A stretch of DNA of 64,000 nucleotides, taken from positions 1-64,000 of the IMG/VR virus record IMGVR_UViG_3300025141_014981; one strand, written 5' to 3'. The first letter of the stretch is position 1. Each line of letters begins with the position of its first letter. Source of the DNA: a virus. Positions 10,560-20,267 of the stretch are shown here, in pieces. The position numbers and the translations under genes are program-made. A model generated the notes under the pieces. It was not told where the DNA came from. It ran no database searches and saw only the letters and a list, made by a program, of their open reading frames with translations.

Positions 10560-10932
10560 TTACTAGCTCCCATAAATAAACTGATATTACTTTGCCATCG
10601 GCAGTTGCAATGTTACTTGTTTGTATAAATCTTATATTCTTTTTATGTATAGTTGAAATATTATTATGTATTTCTAAAAACTGATAAGCTGCTGTCAGAG
10701 CAACTACTTGTTGCTCAGTAAGTGATTTATGATTCTTATACCATTTAATTGCAAGTATTTCTTGTACATCTAAGCAATTTTCATAGAGCACAGCACGAAA
10801 TGCCATGTCATGAATAATAATAAGTTGTGTAATAGCAGGATTACATTCGGCTACAATATTACTCATTGTTACTTTAGGTGTTGCACAACTTGCCATAAGT
10901 AACATAGAAATAAGTAATAAAAGCTTTTTCAT
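10546..10932 (-). CDS. Putative lipoprotein
   Basis: MKKLLLLISMLLMASC signal peptide with lipobox. Confidence 0.65.
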   Translation of the reverse strand: MKKLLLLISMLLMASCATPKVTMSNIVAECNPAITQLIIIHDMAFRAVLYENCLDVQEILAIKWYKNHKSLTEQQVVALTAAYQFLEIHNNISTIHKKNIRFIQTSNIATADGKVISVYLWELVNANN

Positions 10933-11642
10933 GATTTGAAGAACACCGCCATCAATTCTTTCGCATTTGCACCTTGATCAACATAACTATATCCATGGTG
11001 CGCCCATTTTTGACTCATTCTAATATAGTCTTGTACATCTTCTTCATAGTTAAAAAAGTCAAATATCTCCTCACCAAAGAAAACAACTTCACCTAACTTA
11101 GGATCAATTTCATCAACTACATTTCTAGATCCAGGTGAATCTTTTGGTCGTGGATAAATATCATGAAATGCTATACAACCGCCTGGTCGTACTTGTTGTA
11201 TTACACATTCAAGATCAGCTTTGGTCTGTAGATAAGAATGTTCTCCGTCAATTAGGACAAAATCAAATGTTTGATCTTTCATTTTTAAAGGAATTTGTTC
11301 TTTTGAATCACCAAGAACAAAATCAACAAAACTACTTAATTCAAACTTTTTTATAAGGGTTACAGCATCGGGCTTTGGTGTTATATCAAACGTTGACACC
11401 ATGCCATCAATTCGCTCATCTCTTAGTGCTTGTGCAAAATATAATGCACTAAACCCGGGTCCAGTTCCAATATCAATAATATTTTCATATTTATTTTCAC
11501 GTATAATAGAGTATAACGTTTGTGCTTCACATGTTCGAATAGAACCCTTAACATAACCAGGAATTGACTTTTTGTTGAGTCCATGAAAATTAAGCACCAG
11601 TAGGTCATTTTTATATTTTTCTACTAGCTTTAATAAATTCAT
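10929..11642 (-). CDS. Class I SAM-dependent methyltransferase (Methyltransf_24-like)
   Basis: DIGTGPGFS, GDS, FDFVLIDGEHSY, PGGCIAFHD. Confidence 0.88.
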   Translation of the reverse strand: MNLLKLVEKYKNDLLVLNFHGLNKKSIPGYVKGSIRTCEAQTLYSIIRENKYENIIDIGTGPGFSALYFAQALRDERIDGMVSTFDITPKPDAVTLIKKFELSSFVDFVLGDSKEQIPLKMKDQTFDFVLIDGEHSYLQTKADLECVIQQVRPGGCIAFHDIYPRPKDSPGSRNVVDEIDPKLGEVVFFGEEIFDFFNYEEDVQDYIRMSQKWAHHGYSYVDQGANAKELMAVFFKS

Positions 11643-12397
11643 TCTATAAATCCTCGTGCTCTAACCATGTTTATTGTAGATAATTGATTCATCTCTGCCC
11701 AATCTCTATCATTGACAGATACTGAATTAATGTTGTACTGGTAGCATACTTCTGGTATATACACATTCTTCTTTGATTTCTTTATTAGTGGGAGCATCAA
11801 TGCTTGATCATAACCACGTTTAAACCAATTTCCATCAAGATCTTTGAAGTTATCATCAGAAATATTCTTTAATAGGTTTGCTTTAAATGTTCTAAGGTGG
11901 CTTGAGCTCCATGGCCAAAGATATGGATCAACATTATCAGGAATTGGCTTGCTAATATTTAGACCATTAATATCCCAACGATGTGCCGTCCAAACAACCT
12001 CTGCGTTCTTTTCATACTCACGTAATATCATTCCAACAGTATTAGGATTGCATAATGAATCATCACCATCAACAGTTGCGATAACTATATCATCATGATC
12101 TTCAAATTGTCTAGCAACATCTATAATATTACGAAGTGCAAACTTCTTTTCTGTATTTTTTATACCACATGTTCCATCCCATACAATTGATTTTGTAGTC
12201 GCAATTATACTATGGCTGCTAAAGTTACGATTATCTTTTGAGCATAATTTTTGAATTTCTTCCCATGTATCATCTGTTGATATATCATCAACAAACCACA
12301 CAGACCAATTATCATTCTTTTGCTCTTGTAATGATGTATATAATGTATTTAAATTCTTTGACGCATTGAAACACGGCGTCACAAAGATAACTTTCAT
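11639..12397 (-). CDS. Glycosyltransferase family 2
   Basis: VTPCFNA, VDDISTDDT, VDGDD, SHLRTF. Confidence 0.85.
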   Translation of the reverse strand: MKVIFVTPCFNASKNLNTLYTSLQEQKNDNWSVWFVDDISTDDTWEEIQKLCSKDNRNFSSHSIIATTKSIVWDGTCGIKNTEKKFALRNIIDVARQFEDHDDIVIATVDGDDSLCNPNTVGMILREYEKNAEVVWTAHRWDINGLNISKPIPDNVDPYLWPWSSSHLRTFKANLLKNISDDNFKDLDGNWFKRGYDQALMLPLIKKSKKNVYIPEVCYQYNINSVSVNDRDWAEMNQLSTINMVRARGFIE

Positions 12398-14346
12398 GAA
12401 CTTTTTTCCTTGTGACTAGCTATCCAATCATTCACAGCTTTTGGATGTGATATATCTAACTTTATTGAAGGTGTAGGTGTATCAAAATTCACCTTGTTAT
12501 GAAACACCCAACCACCCATTTCATGTTGAAGACGCTCTGAAAGATTGCAAATTTCATCATCAGATATCTCAGACCATGCTTTGTCAAAAAACATATTATT
12601 CTCTGCAGTATCTTCAACTTCTTTGTTGAACAAGGAATTCCAATGTTTTGACCAGTAATTTTTATATGTATGAATCTTTCTATTGATATCAAACCACGAA
12701 TAGTGATGAACTGCTGGAAGAATATTTATTGCACTAGCAAGCCATGCTTGATAAACTTCCAATTGCTTTGGATCTGTCAAAGCTTCTTGTCTTAATTGAT
12801 CTATGTCTGGTGTATAGAATGTTGCATGATTTAGTGGCTCAAACGTATCACTTCTAATATAGTCACACCCATCAGAACCTAATGAATACACATCACCCTC
12901 TTCATCAAAACGTCTATGTTGTATAGGGATTCCATGCGTTATATGTGGTAAGTTACGACTTAAGCGCCATTTCCATGGATGTACATCTACTCTTACTTTT
13001 TCTTCTTTGCCCCAATATTCTATGACTGGTAATATCATTAATGAAATATTCTTAGGGAAATCTCTAATTAATTGTTTAATTTTATCGTAGCTATCTTCAT
13101 GAACTACTTCATCAACATCAGCTTGCCAACAAAAATCACCTGTACACAGTGATCTTGCTAATGCTTTTTGTTGACCATCAAATACAGCAAAGCGTTTATG
13201 ATCCCAATTACGAGCGAATTGTTTGACTTTTAATTTGCTATTTTGCTCTGCGAGCTCTTGTAAGCGTTCCCATGTGCCATCAGTAGAGCCACCATCTATT
13301 ACTACTACTTCATCACAAAAACCTGATAGTGATTCTATACATGCTTCCCATGGATAATTTTGTTCTATACAGTTACGAGTTTGAGTATAACCACTTATTT
13401 TTGGATTATATTCTATGATATGTTTGATACCCTTCCAAAATCTGTCTCTTGCTAGGTATAGATAACTTGTTATAAGTTGTTCATCATTAGTGTCAAACCA
13501 TTCTTCATTTTTATGTTGGACATTATCATTCAATATTAATTCGCAACCTAGGAGTTTTGCTTCAATTACTAATCGAGGGCATGTATCACCACCACGTGGT
13601 AGATATACTAATCCTTTACTTTCAGCAAGCTTGTTGAGCATTTGTTCATATTGCAATCCAGCAATCAATTCAAACTCTAAATTATTTTCTGTGCAATGCT
13701 TAATTGCGTCATCTGTTCCTTTTATCCATGATGTTGATCCTAATACAAGATATTTATCATTCTTAGTAATCACACCATCATTTATATCTGCTTTTAGCGC
13801 ACTAAACTTTCTAAAGAATTGTTCATCAAATACAGATGACAATATTGTCACATTTTTGTCTTGTAAAAATGGAAATGACTCAAACCAAATATTTGCTTGT
13901 GCTTCAGACATAAACCATAATGATTCAGCTTGATACATGAATGTTGATATCAATTTGCCAAAAAAGCTATCAGCACAATCACATTCTTTCTTTTCACTTT
14001 CAAAGTGAAGCTCTTTTAGCCTATACTTACAAAACCTATAGTCGAAATTGATAACAGAGTACTTGATATTATTTGCTACTGTTGGTAATAAATTGAGATC
14101 GATATTTGCAATATTTGCAAATATCCAATGTAAATTCTGGAACTGCTCAAGAAGCTCCACAGTGACTTGCTTAGATCTTAGCTTTGCAACATTTAAATTT
14201 GTTGATTGTATTAGCGCTTCTGTTGTTAATTCGGCTCCGCCGATTAGGTCTTCCACGAAGAAGTCATTAACAACGATGATATTAGTATCATCTGGTATTA
14301 AAACTTTTGTTGGGATGTTAAATGCATTAGAATCTATAAATTTCAT
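12394..14346 (-). CDS. Two-domain glycosyltransferase (GT-B-like N-terminus + GT2 C-terminus)
   Basis: N half GGAE...KG...DTCPRLVIEAKLLGC; C half CDEVVVIDGGSTDGT and QADVDE. Confidence 0.8.
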   Translation of the reverse strand: MKFIDSNAFNIPTKVLIPDDTNIIVVNDFFVEDLIGGAELTTEALIQSTNLNVAKLRSKQVTVELLEQFQNLHWIFANIANIDLNLLPTVANNIKYSVINFDYRFCKYRLKELHFESEKKECDCADSFFGKLISTFMYQAESLWFMSEAQANIWFESFPFLQDKNVTILSSVFDEQFFRKFSALKADINDGVITKNDKYLVLGSTSWIKGTDDAIKHCTENNLEFELIAGLQYEQMLNKLAESKGLVYLPRGGDTCPRLVIEAKLLGCELILNDNVQHKNEEWFDTNDEQLITSYLYLARDRFWKGIKHIIEYNPKISGYTQTRNCIEQNYPWEACIESLSGFCDEVVVIDGGSTDGTWERLQELAEQNSKLKVKQFARNWDHKRFAVFDGQQKALARSLCTGDFCWQADVDEVVHEDSYDKIKQLIRDFPKNISLMILPVIEYWGKEEKVRVDVHPWKWRLSRNLPHITHGIPIQHRRFDEEGDVYSLGSDGCDYIRSDTFEPLNHATFYTPDIDQLRQEALTDPKQLEVYQAWLASAINILPAVHHYSWFDINRKIHTYKNYWSKHWNSLFNKEVEDTAENNMFFDKAWSEISDDEICNLSERLQHEMGGWVFHNKVNFDTPTPSIKLDISHPKAVNDWIASHKEKSS

Positions 14347-14654
14347 TAGTCTATCTTGTTTGCCTTATTCTTCAAAGAAGATTTAGTGTTATCAAGATTA
14401 GATTTTAAATCACGTACTGTTGATTGTAAATCACCCTTGGGTGATTTCGAGTACCCATCTTGGTACCACCCGGAACCCTTTAATTTAAAAGATGTGCGTG
14501 ATACTTGCCTTACAGATTCTTCACCTTCACAAGTGTCAGAAAAGTGTAATGGGTCAACAATTTTATTTGTTATTTTTGCATTTATTTCAAAAACTTCATT
14601 ACATCTTAAACATTTATATTCATATATCGGCATAATAATAATCTTATTACGCAA
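14346..14654 (-). CDS. FmdB-family zinc-ribbon protein (real start probably MPIYEY)
   Basis: MPIYEYKC..C...FE and FKLKGSGWY.DGY. Confidence 0.8.
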   Translation of the reverse strand: MRNKIIIMPIYEYKCLRCNEVFEINAKITNKIVDPLHFSDTCEGEESVRQVSRTSFKLKGSGWYQDGYSKSPKGDLQSTVRDLKSNLDNTKSSLKNKANKID

Positions 14655-14687
14655 GTAATAATATGTTAATTTTTGTATGAAATAGTT

Positions 14688-14969
14688 TTATTCTTGTCTT
14701 GCTAGTCTAGTATAGCAGCTTTTTAGATCTTTCCACTCTTGTAAGCGTGGTGCCCGTACTGCTTTACATTTTTCTAGTGCATTTTCAATATACTCTAATG
14801 TATATTTTTTGCATGATACAACTTTACTATTGTCAACGCCAACTGGCATGCCAGAATATTTATATGTTGCATTATTACTAGCAAATGTGTCAAATTGATC
14901 AATAGTCAACTGTTTATCTTCATCAATAGTTGCATTTGTGAAGTCTAAGTGTTTTGTTTTATATGGCAT
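14688..14969 (-). CDS. Hypothetical protein downstream of the tail fibre
   Basis: TAATG coupling to the tail fibre stop. Confidence 0.55.
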   Translation of the reverse strand: MPYKTKHLDFTNATIDEDKQLTIDQFDTFASNNATYKYSGMPVGVDNSKVVSCKKYTLEYIENALEKCKAVRAPRLQEWKDLKSCYTRLARQE

Positions 14970-17900
14970 TATTTGTCATCCGTTAATTTTTTAACTAGAT
15001 CCTTAAGCTCTTGAATCTCAGTGTATTGTTGTTTATAACCCTCAACAAGCAAAGGAACAAACTTCCAATATGCTAAGCGGTTAAATCCTGTTTCATGGTC
15101 CTTCCATGTCATGTTTATATCTTCAAATGCTTTGACAGACTCATGTGTAAACCCAAATGATAGACCAGTTTCTTTTTTCTTTAACTCATTTGCTGTTTCG
15201 TTCCACTCGAACATTTGTGACTCTAGTGATCGTAGCTTATCTAGATAACTATTGCTTATTAGTTTTGCATTAGATTCAAGTTGTTGATCAAAGAAGTCTT
15301 TGTGAGGTTTATTGTGTACAAGATAATTGTTTGCATAGTAAGTGTTGTTACCATCAAGCATAAAATTATATAGCATTTGATTACTTGCTTGCTTTGATTT
15401 TAGTGTAGTTATTTTAACTGTATTTTCTATCATGATAAGTGTATCACCTTTACTTAGCTCAGTAACACATAGTTCATTATATAATCCTTTATTTTCATGT
15501 TTTAATGCTTCGGGTACTATAGACTTCCAACCACCTGTTGTCATAAATGGATGTTCTGCGGTTACAAAATAATTGCAATCATTAATTGCGTATAATAATC
15601 TATTACCTAACATTGGCCTATCATACGCTAATACAGTATTTATTGATCGATCTTGTCCGATCACTTTATCACCAATCTTTATGTCTTCAATACTCCTTAC
15701 TGATCCATCAAACATTATAACTTTAGTTCCAGCTACAAAACAGCTCGGCATGGCGTCGTCGCCCGGAATAGACAGCTGAACTGAGCCTATTTGATGATTC
15801 CCTTCTAAATTTGCATCTTTGATAACAAATTCAAGAACACCAGCAGTGCCACCTGAGCTTGCAGATGTAAAGTACATGTGAACTTCATCATTGTTCATGT
15901 TATCGTATGCAACATGTGAACCTGACCGAGGGAGTCCAAAGACTGTTGAGCCAGTTGCATGTAATTGAGCCTGTGGTGTAGCTGTACCGATACCAACACG
16001 ATTGACATCAGCATCTAGACGCATCATCTCAGTTAATGTTCCACCTTTGTTAGCTGTGAAATATATGTCACTATCACTTGAATCATTTCTTAGTTCTAAG
16101 TTACCTGCATCAACACTAAGAGACCCACTGCTACTATCACAACCAAGATATATACGATCACCATCAGTTGCTTGAATAACTAAGTGTGGCCTAGATGTAC
16201 CTGAAATAACAATATCACCTGTGGCAACTTCTATCAACCCGTCGGCAGTGTCATGATGTAAGCCCATCCATTGTGTATTGTCTGTATCTGGATTAGTTAT
16301 TGAATGAATAAACAATGTTGTGTGGTCTTGTAGTGCATGATCAAAATCTGAACTGACACTGCCATTATCACCAATTACCAGTTGGCGACCAAACCCACTA
16401 CCAATTGTCCATACTAGTTGATCTGTGTCATTTTCACCTTGAATAAAAGCGCCGTCGGCCCCACCGGCGCGCATACGAATGGTTGCGTCACTGCCAGCAG
16501 CAGGATCTAATTCTAGTTGTGCTCGACCGGTGCCTGATAATGCGTTACCGATTGTTACTAGACCATTAGCAGGAAGCAACTCAATTGCGCCTAGGCCAGT
16601 CTCTACTAATGCTTGACTGGTATCATGATGCATCGATACCCATTGCGTATTATTTGTATCAGGGTCAGTTACCGAGTGGATGAATAGTGTAGGGTGATCA
16701 GCTTGTGCATGATCATAATCTTTTGCTCTACTGTCGAAGTCACCAAGAACAATAGCGCGCCCGGCGCCGTACGCCCCGTACGGCGCCGGGAGGCCGCGAG
16801 GTGCAAATAGTATTTGTGCAAATGTATTATTTGAAGTTATATCAAACATGTTGTTGCCACCTGCTATAAATCTAATGTCTGGGTGTCTAGACACACCACC
16901 ATTGAACGAAATATAGTTCAGACCGTCAGTGTCATGAAGTTGTATGGGTTGACTCGCTTCGGCCGTGCTAAGTATTAGCTTGCCGGCGCTGCTAGTTAGA
17001 TTTGCACTTGATCCATCATGCCAAAGTGCTACTCCATCACCGTCAGTAGCTTGGACTATTAGACCAGCATTATTTGTACCAGAAATTATTAGGTCACCAC
17101 TACCAACAGAGATTACGCCATGTGTTTTATCATGCATTAACTTGAGTGTGCCAGTGGTACCGGCAACTATGTCATTGATTAACAATGTTCCAGAAACAGA
17201 AAGAACAGTTGTGTGTGTATCTGACCCAACAAGTTGTATTGGTTGTCCATCAACGGTAACTACTGCACCAAGCCCAGTACCACTATTGTCATATGCATCA
17301 TCTAATGAACTAGCGCCACCACCACCACCACCCGTAGATGCGATCATAACTGATCCATCCGAGGCGGATGTTATTGTAATATTCGATCCCTCACGAAGAT
17401 AAGACGTACCATCCACTAATTTTGTAAGTGAGCCTGAGAAAGCAGGAGAAGTTATTATGGTCGTCGATCCTATAGAACCAGTTACCCCAACATTACCTGA
17501 AAACTGAGACCCTGTGAGGGTCGCAACAACAGAATTATCGATAGCAACTGTAAACGCTGCCCCTGCTCCGGAATCAGTAGTAGAAATTCCAGTTCCGTCT
17601 GTCCAAACTCTTTCTGCGCTTAATGAGCCCGTCGCAGTAAGTACAAGATACTGCGCGTTTGCATCTCCAGATCCACCGCCACTAGTTGCTAAATCACTAA
17701 GTGATACAGTGCCAGCATTTGCATCATAAAATGTTAAATCATTTGAGCTACTTAATGTAATTAACCCAACTGAAGAACCGCTATTAAATTGTATATCTGC
17801 AGATGTTATCTTGGTTGAACCAGAACCAACAGTCAAGGTTCCTGAAACGACTGTATCACCTTCGAAGACTGATACACCTTGTGATGAGGCACCACCAGTT

Positions 17901-20233
17901 GAACCAGAAATATGCACAGTTACATCAGAGCCTATTGTAGCTGTTGTTACACCACCACCTATGTATACACCATTTGTTGCTGAGAGATGAATGTTTGTCG
18001 CTGCAATATTCAATTCACCAGAAACTGAGGCACTCATTGCAACAGTTGAGTCTTCAAAAGCTAACGTTCCAGTTATAGCTTGAACTATAGTTGCTGGTAA
18101 AGCTCCTTGGAATTGCACTGGCTGATCATCAACTGTTACTACTGCGCCAACACCTACTCCACCAGTATCATATGCTGTATCTAAATTACCTCCAGCACCA
18201 TGAACTGTACCAGATAAATAAATATTTGTAGCTACTATGTTTAACTCACCAGGTGATGATGCACTCATTGCTGCGGTGCTATCTCTAAATTCTAATGAAC
18301 CACTATCAGAAACCCTTATTGAGCCACTTGCGCTAATTACTAATCTTTGATGTGGTGCAGAGCCAGAAACCGTGGATTCCTTGGTATATATCTCAAGCTC
18401 ACCTTGACCTTGACCACCTGTATCTTTAAAGATTAAAGCAGTTCCGACATTCTTGGTACTACCCATTGCCAATCCAGTTCCGGCGCCTGTGGCCGCCCCA
18501 CCTTCAATATACATATGATATTCTTGTGCATCGGCTATATTATCAAATGGGTCGGTTGTTGTATTCTTTATAGACAATATTGCATTTGGCTCAACAGTGT
18601 TAATACCAACTTTATGCTCACGTGTAATTGATAATACACTTGCACCGCCTTCACTTTCGCCTAGGCTTGATGTTGTAGCTATAATGAATTTATCTCGAGT
18701 AGAATTGTCTATGCCTATAGCATATGCAATATCATCATTTGATATTCTAAATTCTATTGCACAATCACCACCTGAGTTTGCTTGGTCTAATTTAATCAAT
18801 GCCTTTGTATCATTAGCACTTTTAACTACTTCAAGCGGGTGACTTCCGGTAAATGATGGAGTGCCTACTTTCAAATTTTGTGTAAATTCAACTTTACCAG
18901 TCGCCTTAAGGACATTAAGTCCAGCACCGGTTATTTGAACAGGACCTGAATCAGCAGTTATTGTCGCACCAGCCCCCGCACCACCTTGGTCATATGCTTT
19001 ATCAAGTGTATTAAAATCTGCATGTACTGTACCAGAAAGGTAGATATTAGTAGCAACTATGTTTAACTCACCGGTTGCTGAAGAGCTTATTGCCGTTGAA
19101 GAATCTCTAAGTTCGACTGAACCACTATCTAAGAATCTTGTAGAACCACTTGCTGTTATTATTACTTTTTCATCTATTGGACCACTTAAACCTGCGTGTT
19201 CTTTAGTTGAAAAAATTAATTCGGCAACATTAAAGTGGGCAATATATTTTGATGTTACAGTTGCTTGTGGTCGAGCAGCACTACCAATTGCCATACCTGT
19301 TTTACTACCTACTGTGACTGAAGGACCCTGTATGCCTAAATGATAGTTGCTTAATGATGCAGCTTCATCAGCACTGGAAATATCTTTTCCTGTATCTGTG
19401 ATTAAAAGCTTAGGGTTTGTAGTATTGAAGGCACCCTGAGTACCAATTATCACATCACCACTTTGACTAATTGCTAATGCAATGTTGCTAATATTTAATG
19501 TGCCTGTTGTTGTTATTAGTAATGCATCATCACCTACGCTATTATCTATGCCTATAGCATATTCTTGACCACCTGATAAGGCGAAACGCACATAGGCATC
19601 ACCACTACTACCTTGTTCAAGTTTTAGTAGTGGTTCATTTATTTCACTTGTATTTCCAAATATGTGCACTTTAGATGCATCATCTGCTTGTCGTGGGAAG
19701 TCATGGTCATCACTAACTTGTAATTCATGAATTGAACCGGTTATGTATATACTGCTTGCAGATATGTGTAATTTTCCTGGGGCAGAAGCGCTTATTCCAG
19801 CCGTTGTATCCCAAAAGTTTATAGAAGATGACACTGACATATCTAATGAGCCAGTAGCTATGACAAGAGTGCCTGAAATAGCCATAGCTTCATTGACTGT
19901 TGTTGCAATTAATTGAACAGGTTGTCCATCAACCGTTATAATAGCACCGGCTGAAGCGCCGGCTTCATCGTAAGCTTCATCTAATGAAACACCAAACACA
20001 CTACCTGCATGGACAGTTCCAGAAAGATAGATATTAGTAGCAACTATATTTAATTCACCAGGGTTTGAAGCACTTATTGCAGCACCAGTATCGTGAAAAT
20101 CAATAGATGATGTTGTGTTAAGCCCTAATGATGCGGAAACTTTTATTAAAGCCTCACGCTCACCTGCCCCACCATGGGAACCGGTAGTTGTTAAATCATT
20201 TACTTGTATTCTATCTGCTTTAAATAATGGCAT
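14969..20233 (-). CDS. Tail fibre / receptor-binding protein with Hint domain and C-terminal S74-like chaperone
   Basis: 1754 aa, G/S/T-rich with SGS/TGS turns, VGIGT/VGINT fibre motifs and internal repeats; Hint CFVAGT...LVHN; terminal coiled coil ..VPLLVEGYKQQYTEIQELK. Confidence 0.85.
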   Translation of the reverse strand: MPLFKADRIQVNDLTTTGSHGGAGEREALIKVSASLGLNTTSSIDFHDTGAAISASNPGELNIVATNIYLSGTVHAGSVFGVSLDEAYDEAGASAGAIITVDGQPVQLIATTVNEAMAISGTLVIATGSLDMSVSSSINFWDTTAGISASAPGKLHISASSIYITGSIHELQVSDDHDFPRQADDASKVHIFGNTSEINEPLLKLEQGSSGDAYVRFALSGGQEYAIGIDNSVGDDALLITTTGTLNISNIALAISQSGDVIIGTQGAFNTTNPKLLITDTGKDISSADEAASLSNYHLGIQGPSVTVGSKTGMAIGSAARPQATVTSKYIAHFNVAELIFSTKEHAGLSGPIDEKVIITASGSTRFLDSGSVELRDSSTAISSSATGELNIVATNIYLSGTVHADFNTLDKAYDQGGAGAGATITADSGPVQITGAGLNVLKATGKVEFTQNLKVGTPSFTGSHPLEVVKSANDTKALIKLDQANSGGDCAIEFRISNDDIAYAIGIDNSTRDKFIIATTSSLGESEGGASVLSITREHKVGINTVEPNAILSIKNTTTDPFDNIADAQEYHMYIEGGAATGAGTGLAMGSTKNVGTALIFKDTGGQGQGELEIYTKESTVSGSAPHQRLVISASGSIRVSDSGSLEFRDSTAAMSASSPGELNIVATNIYLSGTVHGAGGNLDTAYDTGGVGVGAVVTVDDQPVQFQGALPATIVQAITGTLAFEDSTVAMSASVSGELNIAATNIHLSATNGVYIGGGVTTATIGSDVTVHISGSTGGASSQGVSVFEGDTVVSGTLTVGSGSTKITSADIQFNSGSSVGLITLSSSNDLTFYDANAGTVSLSDLATSGGGSGDANAQYLVLTATGSLSAERVWTDGTGISTTDSGAGAAFTVAIDNSVVATLTGSQFSGNVGVTGSIGSTTIITSPAFSGSLTKLVDGTSYLREGSNITITSASDGSVMIASTGGGGGGASSLDDAYDNSGTGLGAVVTVDGQPIQLVGSDTHTTVLSVSGTLLINDIVAGTTGTLKLMHDKTHGVISVGSGDLIISGTNNAGLIVQATDGDGVALWHDGSSANLTSSAGKLILSTAEASQPIQLHDTDGLNYISFNGGVSRHPDIRFIAGGNNMFDITSNNTFAQILFAPRGLPAPYGAYGAGRAIVLGDFDSRAKDYDHAQADHPTLFIHSVTDPDTNNTQWVSMHHDTSQALVETGLGAIELLPANGLVTIGNALSGTGRAQLELDPAAGSDATIRMRAGGADGAFIQGENDTDQLVWTIGSGFGRQLVIGDNGSVSSDFDHALQDHTTLFIHSITNPDTDNTQWMGLHHDTADGLIEVATGDIVISGTSRPHLVIQATDGDRIYLGCDSSSGSLSVDAGNLELRNDSSDSDIYFTANKGGTLTEMMRLDADVNRVGIGTATPQAQLHATGSTVFGLPRSGSHVAYDNMNNDEVHMYFTSASSGGTAGVLEFVIKDANLEGNHQIGSVQLSIPGDDAMPSCFVAGTKVIMFDGSVRSIEDIKIGDKVIGQDRSINTVLAYDRPMLGNRLLYAINDCNYFVTAEHPFMTTGGWKSIVPEALKHENKGLYNELCVTELSKGDTLIMIENTVKITTLKSKQASNQMLYNFMLDGNNTYYANNYLVHNKPHKDFFDQQLESNAKLISNSYLDKLRSLESQMFEWNETANELKKKETGLSFGFTHESVKAFEDINMTWKDHETGFNRLAYWKFVPLLVEGYKQQYTEIQELKDLVKKLTDDK
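15311..15742 (-). other. Hint (intein-like/BIL) domain, C1498-N1641 of the tail fibre
   Basis: Block A CFVAGTKV, block B VTAEHPF, block F/G LYNFMLDGNNTYYANNYLVHN; no endonuclease; +1 residue is Lys. Confidence 0.9.
16760..16790. repeat. Perfect 14-bp GC-rich inverted repeat with 3-nt loop inside the tail fibre CDS
   Basis: CCCGGCGCCGTACG-CCC-CGTACGGCGCCGGG. Confidence 0.95.
18200..20056 (-). repeat. Dispersed intragenic repeat ELNIVATNIYLSGTVH, each followed by an LDxAYD...G..GA..T.D..PVQ module
   Basis: Identical 16-aa copies at 20009-20056, 19022-19069 and 18200-18247; degenerate copies near 19740-19800 and 17980-18015. Confidence 0.9.
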
Positions 20234-20267
20234 TGTTTTATATAGGTATTAATTTCGCTATAATTAA

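Noticed and set aside
15311-15742. Canonical splicing intein with homing endonuclease
   Set aside because: No endonuclease domain, and the +1 residue is Lys rather than Cys/Ser/Thr
14969-20233. Diversity-generating retroelement acting on the tail fibre
   Set aside because: No reverse transcriptase in the window, and repeat copies differ at synonymous sites rather than specifically at adenines
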